A stretch of 64,000 nucleotides of DNA from an uncultured Rubrobacteraceae bacterium (GTDB lineage: Bacteria > Actinomycetota > Rubrobacteria > Rubrobacterales > Rubrobacteraceae). The notes under the pieces were generated by a model. The model saw only the letters and a list, made by a program, of their open reading frames with translations. It was not told the DNA's origin and did not search any database. Position numbers and translations under genes: made by a program. Location: positions 856-64,855 of the forward strand of contig CAVYMT010000004.1 in assembly GCA_963769655.1 (NCBI GenBank), given 5' to 3'. Shown here in pieces: positions 18,556-27,820 of this stretch (the first letter of the stretch is position 1; each line of letters starts with the position of its first letter).

Positions 18556-19071
18556 ATGCGCGCTTTTGTAGGCGAGATCCAGTCCCCACTTGGACCCGTC
18601 GCCTTCGCGACAGACGAAAACGGGGCGCTGGTCGGCCTGCGGTTCCGCGATGGCAGGGGCCAGTCCTCCCTCGAGAACGGGCTGAAGCGTGGCGGCTTCA
18701 CCCTTTCTCACGTCGAGGAGCCGACCACCCACACGCGCGAACAGCTCTCCGAGTACTTCGGCGGCGAGCGCCGCTCGTTCGACCTGCCGTTGGCGCCCGG
18801 GGGCTCGGACTTTCAGGAGGCCGTCTGGGACGAGCTCTCGCGCATCCCGTTCGGCGAGACGCGAACCTACGGCCAGGTCGCGGAGGCGGTCGGGGGAACG
18901 GGCAACGCCCAGGAGGTGGGGGCCGCGTGCGCCGCCAACCCGGTCCTGCTGGTGATCCCCTGCCACAGGGTGCTCGGCGCCGACGGCTCGCTCAAAGGGT
19001 ACGCCGACGGCATGCCCCTCAAGGCCCGCCTGCTGGACTTCGAGGCTAGCCAGAAACCCCTCTTCGCCTAG
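18556..19071 (+). CDS. ogt: methylated-DNA--protein-cysteine methyltransferase
   Basis: FQEAVWDELSRIPFGETRTYGQVA...NPVLLVIPCHRVLGADGSL. ATG 18556 has better RBS spacing than 18547. Confidence 0.9.
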   Translation: MRAFVGEIQSPLGPVAFATDENGALVGLRFRDGRGQSSLENGLKRGGFTLSHVEEPTTHTREQLSEYFGGERRSFDLPLAPGGSDFQEAVWDELSRIPFGETRTYGQVAEAVGGTGNAQEVGAACAANPVLLVIPCHRVLGADGSLKGYADGMPLKARLLDFEASQKPLFA

Positions 19072-19148
19072 GCGGGCGCCCACAAAATCACCGCGACCGG
19101 CCCGGGAGGTACCGGCGCCGAACACACATTCCAAGATATTTCTTGTTG

Positions 19149-19168
19149 TATCGCGATATATCGTGATA
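19149..19168. promoter_or_regulatory. tandem 10-bp palindromes TATCGCGATA / TATCGTGATA upstream of the membrane-wHTH/PadR pair
   Basis: An AT-rich island in GC-rich DNA, 40 nt upstream of ATG 19209. The first unit is a perfect palindrome. Confidence 0.4.
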
Positions 19169-19208
19169 TACTGCCACCGGCTGGTCCCCGACGGCAAACG
19201 GAGGCGAG

Positions 19209-19679
19209 ATGTACGGTCCGGGCAGGATGGGTTATTGGGGCGGGGGGAGGATGATGCGCGGCGGTCCGGGGTCTCCGGCGCTGGTGATCGGCGTCCTCTT
19301 CGGGGCGTTCTTTCTCTTCGCGGTGGCCGGTCCTTGGTTCAACTTCTTTCCGTTCGTCTTCCTCTTCTGGATGATCCCCTTCTTCCTGGTGCCGGCCCTC
19401 GGGTTGGCGGCGAGGGGTTTCGGGGGTCTGCTGCAGGCGCGGGCGGGGCGTGCCGCTGCCGAGGACTCCAGGGAGCGGGAGCTTCTGGAGGCGCTCGCGC
19501 GGCGCGGGGAGCTCACGCCGGCGGGGGCGGCGCTCGAGACCACGCTTGGGGTCTCCGAGGCGGACAGGATGCTCTCCCGGCTGGCCAATGACGGGCACAT
19601 CGAGGTCCGGGCCCGCGAAGGAGCGTTGGGATACGCCCTCTGGGACGCGGACCGGCGGGAGTTGACCAGCTCCGGCTAA
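19209..19679 (+). CDS. hypothetical membrane protein with a C-terminal wHTH-like domain
   Basis: GGAGG RBS, Gly/Met-rich N-terminus, two hydrophobic helices, then RELLEALARRGELTPAGAALETTLGVSEADRMLSRLANDGHIEV. Confidence 0.5.
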   Translation: MYGPGRMGYWGGGRMMRGGPGSPALVIGVLFGAFFLFAVAGPWFNFFPFVFLFWMIPFFLVPALGLAARGFGGLLQARAGRAAAEDSRERELLEALARRGELTPAGAALETTLGVSEADRMLSRLANDGHIEVRAREGALGYALWDADRRELTSSG

Positions 19680-19727
19680 GCAAGTCGAAAGTGGCGTCAT
19701 CGGGCGCCCAAAAAGGAGGCAAAGACC

Positions 19728-20303
19728 ATGTTCGGAAAGCGGATGAAGAAGGGGTTCTTCGGTCCCGGGCACGGGTGGGGTTACGGACGGGGCCGCGGCT
19801 TCGACCCGCGGCGGGGCCGCATGTTCGAGAAAGGGGACCTCAAGTACGTCGTGCTGGACCTCCTCGCGGAGAAGCCGTCGCACGGCTACGAGGTCATGAA
19901 GGCGCTCGAGGAGCGTTTCCGCGGCCTGTACTCCCCGAGCCCGGGCTCGGTGTATCCGACGCTCCAGCTCCTGGAAGACCTGGGCTACGTCACCGTCACG
20001 CCCCAGGACGGCAAGAAGGTCTACCAGGTTACCGAAGAAGGGCGCGGCTTCCTCGAACAGAACCGGGGCTCCGTGGACAAAATCTGGGGTCGCGTCGAGG
20101 GCGGTTGGGATCCCCAGGTGGCGAGCGGGCTGCACGAGATGCGGCACGAGATCATGGGCTTCGGCCAGCTCTTCGGGCGCGCGATGCACGAGGGGCGGAT
20201 CGACCAGGAGAAGCTGCAAAGGATCCGGTCGGTCATCTCGGGCGCCACCAGGGAGATCGAGGAGATCCTCGAAGATCGTGGCGGCGAGGGAACCCGCGCG
20301 TAG
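19728..20303 (+). CDS. PadR-family transcriptional regulator
   Basis: LKYVVLDLLAEKPSHGYEVMKALEERFRGLYSPSPGSVYPTLQLLEDLGYV is the canonical PadR wHTH. AAGGAGG RBS. Confidence 0.9.
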   Translation: MFGKRMKKGFFGPGHGWGYGRGRGFDPRRGRMFEKGDLKYVVLDLLAEKPSHGYEVMKALEERFRGLYSPSPGSVYPTLQLLEDLGYVTVTPQDGKKVYQVTEEGRGFLEQNRGSVDKIWGRVEGGWDPQVASGLHEMRHEIMGFGQLFGRAMHEGRIDQEKLQRIRSVISGATREIEEILEDRGGEGTRA

Positions 20304-20386
20304 AGCGGTTGGCGAAGGGGCTGGTCCCCTTCGCCAACGCCGTCAGCTTTCAGCTTTCGGCCATCAGCAACCCGGGGAGGTGACCG

Positions 20387-20845
20387 GTGGAGGCTAACTC
20401 TGTTGTAGGGACCACCGCGCCGCGGTGGCTGGGCTTCCACCACGTCGCTTTGTTGACCCCGGATCTCGACGCCACGATCGCCTTCTACGAGGACGTGCTC
20501 GGCATGCAGGTGGGCGAGGTTGTACCCGCGAGGGGCGAGCAGGGCAAGCACTGCTTTATCCGGCCGGGCAAGACCGAGGCGTGGGGCCTGCACTACTTCG
20601 AGCAAGGCGAGGCGCGCATCTTCCAGTTCCCGGAGGAGATGGGGAGGTCCAGCTGGATCCCGGGCGCCCTCCAGCACGTGGCGTTCGCCCTTTCCGGCGC
20701 CGCCGATGCGGACGCCCTGCGGGAGCGGCTCTCGAGGTCAGGGGTTCTCGTCATGGAGATCGAAAACCCCGCAGCGCGGGGCCTGTTGTTCCGCGACAAC
20801 AACGGCATCCTGCTCGAGGCCACCTGGGACCCGCAGGCCGGCTGA
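20387..20845 (+). CDS. VOC-family (glyoxalase/bleomycin resistance/dioxygenase) protein
   Basis: FHHVALLTPDLDATIAFYEDVLGM is the typical first beta-alpha-beta-beta-beta module. Confidence 0.85.
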   Translation: MEANSVVGTTAPRWLGFHHVALLTPDLDATIAFYEDVLGMQVGEVVPARGEQGKHCFIRPGKTEAWGLHYFEQGEARIFQFPEEMGRSSWIPGALQHVAFALSGAADADALRERLSRSGVLVMEIENPAARGLLFRDNNGILLEATWDPQAG

Positions 20846-20948
20846 GGACGCCTCCAGCCCGGAGATACTCACCCCCTTGCCGGCGGCGAACCTCCGCCGC
20901 GATAATACGGCCCACGTTTCTTCGTTTGGAACGCGGGTTAGGAGGAGC

Positions 20949-21959
20949 TTGCACGTATACAGCGACGCCGCCTCGGAGCGGCACGTCAACGGCCTGGCCG
21001 CCGTCGAGGCTCCCGAGAGGTTTCCGGCGGCCATCGCCGGGGTGGAGAGGGCCGAGGGCGAGGGTGTGCCGGTGCAGTGGCGCCCTTGCCAGCCGGCAGA
21101 TGAAGGAGCCCTGACCGCGGCCCACGATCCCGCGTACCTCGACCGTTTGCGGACGCTCTCGGCGTCGGGGGGTGGGTACCTCAGCCTGGACACGGCGCTC
21201 GGTACCGGGTCCTGGGAGGCCGCGGTACTTGCGAGCGGGGCCGCATGCTCCGCCGTGGCGAGCGCCCTCTCGGGGGTGGCCGCCTTCGCCGTCGCCCGGC
21301 CGCCAGGGCATCACGCCGGCAGGGACTTCGGGATGGGCTTCTGCCTCACCAACCACGCCGCGGTGGCCGCCGAGCACGCCCGGCGGTTGGGGGCCGGCAG
21401 GATCTCCATCCTCGACTGGGACGTGCACCACGGCAACGGCACCCAGGACATCTTCTACGCCGACCGTGAGGTTCTCTACCTCTCGGCACATCAGAGCCCC
21501 TTCTACCCCGGCACCGGCGCGGCCGGCGAGGTGGGGGAGGGCGACGGGCTCGGTTTTACGGTCAACGTCCCCCTCCCCGCCGGCACCAGGGAGGACGTCT
21601 ACGCGGCCGCGTTCGCCGGCGTCTTCCTGCCCGTTCTGCGGGAGTTCGAGCCCGAACTCCTCATTGTCTCCGCCGGCTACGACGCCCACGTCGCGGATCT
21701 CCTCGGTGGCATGTCGTTAGAGAGCGGGTCCTTCGCGCGCTTCGCGGCAAGCCTCGCCTCCCTGATGCGGGAGTTGGACGCGCCGCCGCCGGCGTTCGTC
21801 CTGGAGGGTGGCTACAACCTCGACGCCCTGACGGCGAGCGTCGCCGCGACCCTGCACGGGTTCGGGGAAGAGGCCCCCGTGTGGGAGTATCGGGGCGGCG
21901 CGCGGGCCGTGGAGAGGAGCCGCGCGGCCCTGGCGCCCCTCTGGAAGAGCCTGCGCTAG
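20949..21959 (+). CDS. histone deacetylase-family (AcuC/acetylpolyamine-type) deacetylase
   Basis: ARPPGHHA, DWDVHHGNGTQ and SAGYDAH motifs. TTG 20949 follows AGGAGGAG. The upstream part of the long ORF overlaps the VOC gene in another frame. Confidence 0.85.
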   Translation: MHVYSDAASERHVNGLAAVEAPERFPAAIAGVERAEGEGVPVQWRPCQPADEGALTAAHDPAYLDRLRTLSASGGGYLSLDTALGTGSWEAAVLASGAACSAVASALSGVAAFAVARPPGHHAGRDFGMGFCLTNHAAVAAEHARRLGAGRISILDWDVHHGNGTQDIFYADREVLYLSAHQSPFYPGTGAAGEVGEGDGLGFTVNVPLPAGTREDVYAAAFAGVFLPVLREFEPELLIVSAGYDAHVADLLGGMSLESGSFARFAASLASLMRELDAPPPAFVLEGGYNLDALTASVAATLHGFGEEAPVWEYRGGARAVERSRAALAPLWKSLR

Positions 21960-21993
21960 GCCTGCCGCGATTTCTCCTCCAGCACAACGACGG

Positions 21994-22641
21994 GTGCGCC
22001 GTGTGATCGAGCGCCTGGTCCGTGAGGGCAGCGCCGTCGCGCGCTCCGACGGCACGCTCCATAGCCTCTTCCCGGTCGCGGTGAGCGCCGCCGAGGGTGA
22101 GGCGCTACTGGGGTGGGTCGTGAGCGAGGGGGCGACGCGGACGGTCGAGATCGGCCTCGGCTACGGCTTCTCGGCGCTCCACGTCTGCGAGGGCCTGCTC
22201 GGGAACGACGATCCCGCCGCCCGACACGTCGCCATCGACCCTTACCAGGCGACTAGGTTCGCGAACTGCGGGCTCCAGTTCCTCGACGAGGCGGGCGTCG
22301 CGGGGCTGGTCGAACACCACGCGGACGAGTCGCAGATGGTCCTGCCGCGATTTCTCGGCGAATCCCGGAGTTTTGACCTGGCGTTCGTCGACGGCAACCA
22401 CCGTTTCGACGGGGTCTTTCTCGACCTCGTCTTTCTCGGGCGGCTCGTCCGCGCGGGAGGAATAGTGTTCGTCGACGACTACCAGCTGCCGTCCGTCGTC
22501 CGCGCGGCGGCGTTCTGTGAGACAAATCTGGGCTGGACGCTCGAGGAGGTCTCGGCCGCGGACGATCTTCACCGTTGGGCCGTCCTCCGTACCTCCACGG
22601 TCCCCGACGCGCGACCGTTCGACCACTACCGCGATTTCTGA
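21994..22641 (+). CDS. class I SAM-dependent (O-)methyltransferase-like protein
   Basis: VEIGLGYGFSAL motif I, then DLAFVDGNH...GGIVFVDDY. Confidence 0.7.
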   Translation: MRRVIERLVREGSAVARSDGTLHSLFPVAVSAAEGEALLGWVVSEGATRTVEIGLGYGFSALHVCEGLLGNDDPAARHVAIDPYQATRFANCGLQFLDEAGVAGLVEHHADESQMVLPRFLGESRSFDLAFVDGNHRFDGVFLDLVFLGRLVRAGGIVFVDDYQLPSVVRAAAFCETNLGWTLEEVSAADDLHRWAVLRTSTVPDARPFDHYRDF

Positions 22642-22880
22642 CGCCTCGCCGACGCCCGCGACGCCCAGTTTCCCGCAGGTTAACTATACTCGGGGCGCGG
22701 GTATCAAATTCGCAAGCTACTCGCAGACGGGAGTGTCGGAAAAGGCGCGATGGATCCGCGAGAGTGCGACGCGGCATACTACGGTGGCGGCACCGGGGAT
22801 GACGGGGCCACGAACGGGGAAGTACGGTGCTGGAACCGCCCCTGTCGGGGAGTGGGGTCCGGTTGAGAAGGCTGTCCAGG

Positions 22881-23549
22881 ATGCTTCGCGGGGAGCCGCC
22901 GTTCGAGGACCGTGCGGACGCCGGACGAAGGCTGGCGGGGAGGCTGGCCCCGTATCGGGACGAGAACCCCGTGGTGTTCGCGTTGCCCCGCGGGGGGGTG
23001 CCGGTGGCGTACGAGATCTCACGCGCCCTGAACGCGCCGCTGGACGTCCTCGTCGCGCGCAAACTGGGGGCGCCGGGGCAGCCGGAGTTCGGCATCGGCG
23101 CCGTCGCGCCTGGGGGCGTGCGCGTCCTGAACCGGGACGTCGTCTGGCGGCTCGGAATACCGGAGGACTACCTCCGGTTGGTCACGGAGACGGAGCTCGC
23201 GGAGGTGGACCGGCGGCTGGCGCACTTCAGGGGCGACAGGCCGGAGCCGCCCGTCGCCGGGAGGACCGCCATCCTGGTGGACGACGGCCTCGCCACCGGG
23301 GTGACGGCCCGCGCGGGCGCCGCCGCCCTCCGGATGCGGCGCCCACGCCGGCTCGTGCTCGCCGTCCCCGTGTGCGCCTCCCAGACGGCGGACGTCATCG
23401 CGGAAGAGGTGGATGACCTCGTGTACCTGATCTCACCCCCGGATCTCGGGGCCATAGGATTCTGGTACAAGAACTTCGATCAGACCTCGGACGAGGAGGT
23501 CATAGAGCTGCTCGAGCGGTCCCGGCGTGAGGGCGGCGAACCGGGGTGA
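22881..23549 (+). CDS. phosphoribosyltransferase-family protein
   Basis: FEDRADAGRRLA...VFALPRGGVPVA...TAILVDDGLATGVT (PRPP-binding motif). ATG 22881 preferred over the GTG at 22827. Confidence 0.8.
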   Translation: MLRGEPPFEDRADAGRRLAGRLAPYRDENPVVFALPRGGVPVAYEISRALNAPLDVLVARKLGAPGQPEFGIGAVAPGGVRVLNRDVVWRLGIPEDYLRLVTETELAEVDRRLAHFRGDRPEPPVAGRTAILVDDGLATGVTARAGAAALRMRRPRRLVLAVPVCASQTADVIAEEVDDLVYLISPPDLGAIGFWYKNFDQTSDEEVIELLERSRREGGEPG

Positions 23550-23650
23550 GACGAGGTCGCTCATCCCGGAGATGGACCGGTGGGAGGCGGCCTTTAGCCG
23601 GGTACAATTAGCGTAGAGATTGGGGTCAAGCGGCCAAAGAGAGGTAAGAC

Positions 23651-24320
23651 ATGTGCGGCAGGTACACCCTGGCTACCCCCGTGAACCGGCTCGCGGAAGC
23701 GTTCGGCTTCGACGCTTCGGCGCCGGATCTCCCGCCAAACTACAACGTGGCGCCGACCCAGACGGTTGCCGCGGTCCTCAGAGATGACGGGGCGCGGCGG
23801 CTGGAGATGCTGCGGTGGGGGCTCGTCCCCTCCTGGGCCGACGACCCCGGGATCGGGTCGCGCATGATCAACGCCCGCAGCGAGACCGCTTCGGAGAAGC
23901 CCTCGTTCCGCAGCGCCTTCCGCGCGCCGCCGGTGCCTGATGCCGGCCGACGGGTTCTACGAGTGGAAGCGCGAGAACGGCGGCAAGCAGCCCTACCACT
24001 TCCGCATGAAGGACGGGCACCCGTTCGCCTTCGCGGGCCTCTGGGAGAGCTGGAGGGGGGACGGCGAGGGCGAGCTGCGCACCTGCGCGCTGCTCACGAC
24101 GGAACCCAACGGGGTCGCGAGCCCCATCCACAACAGGATGCCCGTCATCTTGCCGCCCGACGCCTACGACGCCTGGCTCGACCCCGAAGCCGAGCGGCAG
24201 GAGCTCGAGGCCCTGCTCGTCCCGTACCCGGACGAGGAGGAGATGGAGGCCTACCCCGTCAGCCGCTTCGTCAACAGCCCCGGCAACAACGACGAGCGAT
24301 GCATAGAGCCGGCGGCCTGA
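23651..24320 (+). pseudogene. SOS-response-associated peptidase (SRAP/YedK), frameshifted near 23925-23935
   Basis: N-terminal MCGRY...YNVAPTQ in one frame, and (RRCL)MPADGFYEW...GLWESW...TTEPN in another, split by one extra base in GCGCGCCGCCGG. Confidence 0.8.
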
Positions 24321-24327
24321 AAGCCGC

Positions 24328-25251
24328 GTGAGGGCCCTCGAGGTCCGCGCCGAGGTCGCGGAGGCCCTCGACTCCGGGGGAGCGGTCGTGGCGCTCGAGT
24401 CTACCCTGATCTCCCACGGTCTCCCCAGCCCGATGAACCTTCGCGTGGCCCGCGAGGCGGAGCGAACCGTGCGCGCCGAGGGCGCCGTCCCCGCCACGGT
24501 CGCCGTCCTCGACGGGGTGGCGAAGGTCGGCCTGGACGATGCCGAGCTCGAGGTGCTCGCCGGCGCGGACAACATCCCCAAGCTCTCCGCTCGGGACCTG
24601 GCCGTCGCCGCCGCCAAGCGGAGCCACGGGGCCACCACCGTCGCCGCCACCGCGCACCTCGCCGCCCTCGCCGGGATACGGCTCTTCGCCACGGGTGGAC
24701 TCGGAGGCGTCCACCGGGGGGCGCGCGAGACCTGGGACGTCTCCGCCGATCTCGCGGCCCTCACCCGGACCCCGGTCGCCGTGGTCTGCTCGGGGGTCAA
24801 GTCCATCCTCGACGTGCCCGCAACCCTCGAGTACCTGGAAACCCTGGGCGTGCCTGTCGTCGGCTTCCGCACGCGGAGCTTCCCCGGCTTCTACCTCTCG
24901 GACTCCGGAAGCCCCCTCGACTGGTCCGTGGAGACGAGGAGGAGGCGGCGCGGCTCGTGCCGGCGCTGGCCTCGCTCGGGTTCGGCGGCTCGGGCGTCGT
25001 GATCGCCAACCCCCTGCCCCCAGGGGAGCAGCTCGACCCGGAGCTGCACGACCGGGTGCTCGGCGGGGCCCTCGAAGAGCTCGGGGCCCGTGGCGTGCGC
25101 GGCGGGGACGGTGACGCCGTTCCTGCTGGACCGCTTCGTGCGGGAGACGGGCGGCGCGAGCCTCGAGGTCAACGAGAAGATAATCCTGCGCAACGCCGGC
25201 CTCGCCGCCCGCGTCGCGGTCGCGCTCTCCGCCATCCAAACGCGAGGATGA
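24328..25251 (+). pseudogene. psuG: pseudouridine-5'-phosphate glycosidase, two frameshifts (about 24940 and 25110)
   Basis: [18 protein letters not shown]...[12 protein letters not shown]...[10 protein letters not shown], then [22 protein letters not shown] and [38 protein letters not shown] in shifted frames. Confidence 0.8.
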
Positions 25252-26180
25252 CGGGGCCAGAGAAAAGCCGAACGGAAAACCCGAGGGTCGTGGTCGTCGG
25301 GGATCTGATCTTCGACCTGCTCGCCAAGGCCGACGGGCCGGTCGCCCTCGGCACCGACACGTTCGCCCCCATACGGGCCGTCGCGGGCGGCTCGGGGGCC
25401 AACGCCGCCGCCTGGCTCGCCGCATCGGGGGTCGAGACCCACTTCGTCGGAAGGATCGGCGACGACGTCTTCGGCGCGCTTTCTGGTCGAGGAGCTCGAA
25501 GAGCGCCGGCGTCGCGGCGCACGTGGCCCCCGACCCCGACCTGCCGACCGGCAAGGTCTTCGTCCTCGTGGACGGCGCCGGGGAGCGGACCATGATCACG
25601 GACCGTGGCGCCGGCGAGAACCTGAGCCCGAACGACCTTCTGCCCGACCTCTTCAACGGTGGACACCTGCACCTCTCCGGCTACACCTCTCTCGGCGACA
25701 GCCGCCGCGAGACCGCCGAGGAGGCCCTGCGCCTCGCGCGCCGTGGGGGGATGACCGTCTCGGTCGACCCCTCCTCCGTCCCGCTGTTGGAGTCGGTGGA
25801 ACCAGGCCGCTTTCTGGAGTGCACCGGCGGCGCGGACCTCTGCTTCCCGAACCTCGAGGAGGGCGTGCTGCTGACCGGGGAGTCGGACCCAGACCGCATC
25901 GCCGAAGCGTTGCTCGGCCATTACCCCGGCGTCGTCCTCAAGCTCGGGGCCGGACGGCGCGCTATACGCGGATACCAGCGGCGAGCGGACGCGCGTCCCG
26001 GCGGCCCCGGCTCGGGTCGAGGACACCACGGGGGCCGGCGACGCCCTGTGCGCGGGTTTCCTCTCCGCGTGGCTCTCGGGCGAACCGCCGGACGGTGCGT
26101 TGTCGCGGGGTGTCGAGGTGGCCGCGCGGGCGGTGCAGCTGGTCGGCGCCCGGCCGTCGCCGCGCGGCGGGTCTGGCTGA
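25248..26180 (+). pseudogene. psuK: PfkB-family carbohydrate (pseudouridine-type) kinase, at least two frameshifts
   Basis: [12 protein letters not shown]...[10 protein letters not shown]; then [22 protein letters not shown]; then VEDTTGAGDALCAGFLSAW, across three frames. The ATG overlaps the psuG stop (ATGA). Confidence 0.75.
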
Positions 26181-26303
26181 CGTCCGCCGGCGGCTCGCGG
26201 GCCTATGATCCCGCACACGTTCTCCAGGGGCAGATCCGTAGTATCTTCGGATCCGTATACTCCTGTACATCTTTCCGCGAAACACCGGAGGAAGGCCACA
26301 GTT

Positions 26304-27089
26304 TTGGACACCAGCAAGAACGCACGAAACTTCTGCGCCTCGGCCCTGATGCTCGCCATGATCCTGGTGACGGCCTGCGGCGGGAACGAGTCGTCTGGCG
26401 GAGGACAGCAGGAGTCTTCCGGCGAGGGATCGGGGGGCGCCGCCTCCGAGAAAGCCTCCGGAGGGAGGCCGCCGGGGCCGGTGGTGGAGGAGAACGGGGA
26501 GCAGACCGCCGCGGGCGAGACCACCGCTCAAGCGGCGGCTTCGGGAGAGGCCGCCGAGCTCGCACGAGCCGAGGTTGGGCGGAACGAGATCCAGAACATG
26601 CTACCCGCGGACGGCAAGCAACCGGACCCGGCGCGGCCCCTGCCCGAGGACCCGCCCGAGGGTATAGAGGTCTACCCGGCGACGTCCAACGCGACCACCG
26701 AGGGGCCCTTGGACTACCCGCGGACCCCGCCGACCAATGGAGATCACGACACGCTGTGGCAGAACTGCGGCTTCTACGAGAGGCCCATAAAGGATCGGCA
26801 CGTCGTCCACAGCATGGACCACGGCGTCGTCTGGATCACCCACAGCCCCGACCTGCCGGCCGAGCAACTGCGGACGCTGCGCCCCTACGGTCAGGAGGAC
26901 TACGTGATAGTCAGCCCCTACCCCGGCCAGGACGCGCCGGTGATCGCCACCTCCTGGCGGGTCCAGCTAGAGCTCGACGGCGCCGAAGACCCTCGCCTGA
27001 GGGAGTTCGTTGACGGCTTCCGCTCCTCCGAGCTGGCCCCCCTGTCGGGCAACCGCTGCACGCTGGGCGTCGGCAACCCGCAAGCGTAG
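26304..27089 (+). CDS. DUF3105 domain lipoprotein
   Basis: Lipobox-like LVTACGG. TPPTNGDHDTLWQNCGFYERPIKDRHVVHSMDHGVVWITHSPDLP is the DUF3105 core. TTG 26304 follows GGAGGAAGG. Confidence 0.8.
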   Translation: MDTSKNARNFCASALMLAMILVTACGGNESSGGGQQESSGEGSGGAASEKASGGRPPGPVVEENGEQTAAGETTAQAAASGEAAELARAEVGRNEIQNMLPADGKQPDPARPLPEDPPEGIEVYPATSNATTEGPLDYPRTPPTNGDHDTLWQNCGFYERPIKDRHVVHSMDHGVVWITHSPDLPAEQLRTLRPYGQEDYVIVSPYPGQDAPVIATSWRVQLELDGAEDPRLREFVDGFRSSELAPLSGNRCTLGVGNPQA

Positions 27090-27098
27090 CGGACCGCG

Positions 27099-27674
27099 CT
27101 AGACCGGATCCAGCTCCTCCCGGGGCGCGCCCCATTCGAGCGAGGATGGCGCCTGCCGCCACTGCTGCATGACCTCGCCCGTGACGGGATCCCGGTCGGG
27201 GATGGGCAGGCTCATGATGAGCTTGAGCGCGGCGCGCCAGTCGGCCTCGGACACCATCCCGTCTCTCAGCAGGTCCCAATCGCGCCCGTCGGCGTATCCA
27301 CCGACCACCAGGATGTCGCTGGTTCCGTCGATAAAGGCGTGCGACACGCCGGCCGGCATCACGATGACGTCGCCGGCCGCGAAGCTCACGTCGGCTTCGT
27401 CCTCGCCGCCCAGGCGCAGCGTCATCTCGCCCTGAGCGACGCCGAGCACCTCGTGTGAGGTCGAATGGAAGTGGTAATAGTCGTAGATGCCGGGGTAGCG
27501 CCAGTTGTTCAGCCAGTTGTGTTGCCTGAAAATGCTTATGATAGTCTCGGCGGGATCGGTGCCCGGATCGAGCGTCACGGCGCCGCGGTACACGAGCAGC
27601 GGGAAACGGCTGTTGGGAGCCGCTTCCTTGGGGCTGAACCGCAGTGCTTCCACACGGTAACCATCTTTGGCCAT
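27099..27674 (-). CDS. cupin-domain protein (YjlB-like)
   Basis: MAKDGYRVEALRF...YHFHSTSHEVLGVAQGE...GDVIVMPAGVSH. The rest of the long ORF (27099..28547) lies off-frame over the hydrolase gene. Confidence 0.75.
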   Translation of the reverse strand: MAKDGYRVEALRFSPKEAAPNSRFPLLVYRGAVTLDPGTDPAETIISIFRQHNWLNNWRYPGIYDYYHFHSTSHEVLGVAQGEMTLRLGGEDEADVSFAAGDVIVMPAGVSHAFIDGTSDILVVGGYADGRDWDLLRDGMVSEADWRAALKLIMSLPIPDRDPVTGEVMQQWRQAPSSLEWGAPREELDPV

Positions 27675-27820
27675 ATCCGCATACCTTTCCCTGATCGCTC
27701 CCTCCGCGGCGATGGTACCAGTTGCGCGTCGAGACCACACGTCCTCTGAAGGTGGGCCCGGCTCAACCCTCCGTGCATGCATTCTTGGAGGCAAGGAACG
27801 GCGCGCTGCGGGCCGACCGG

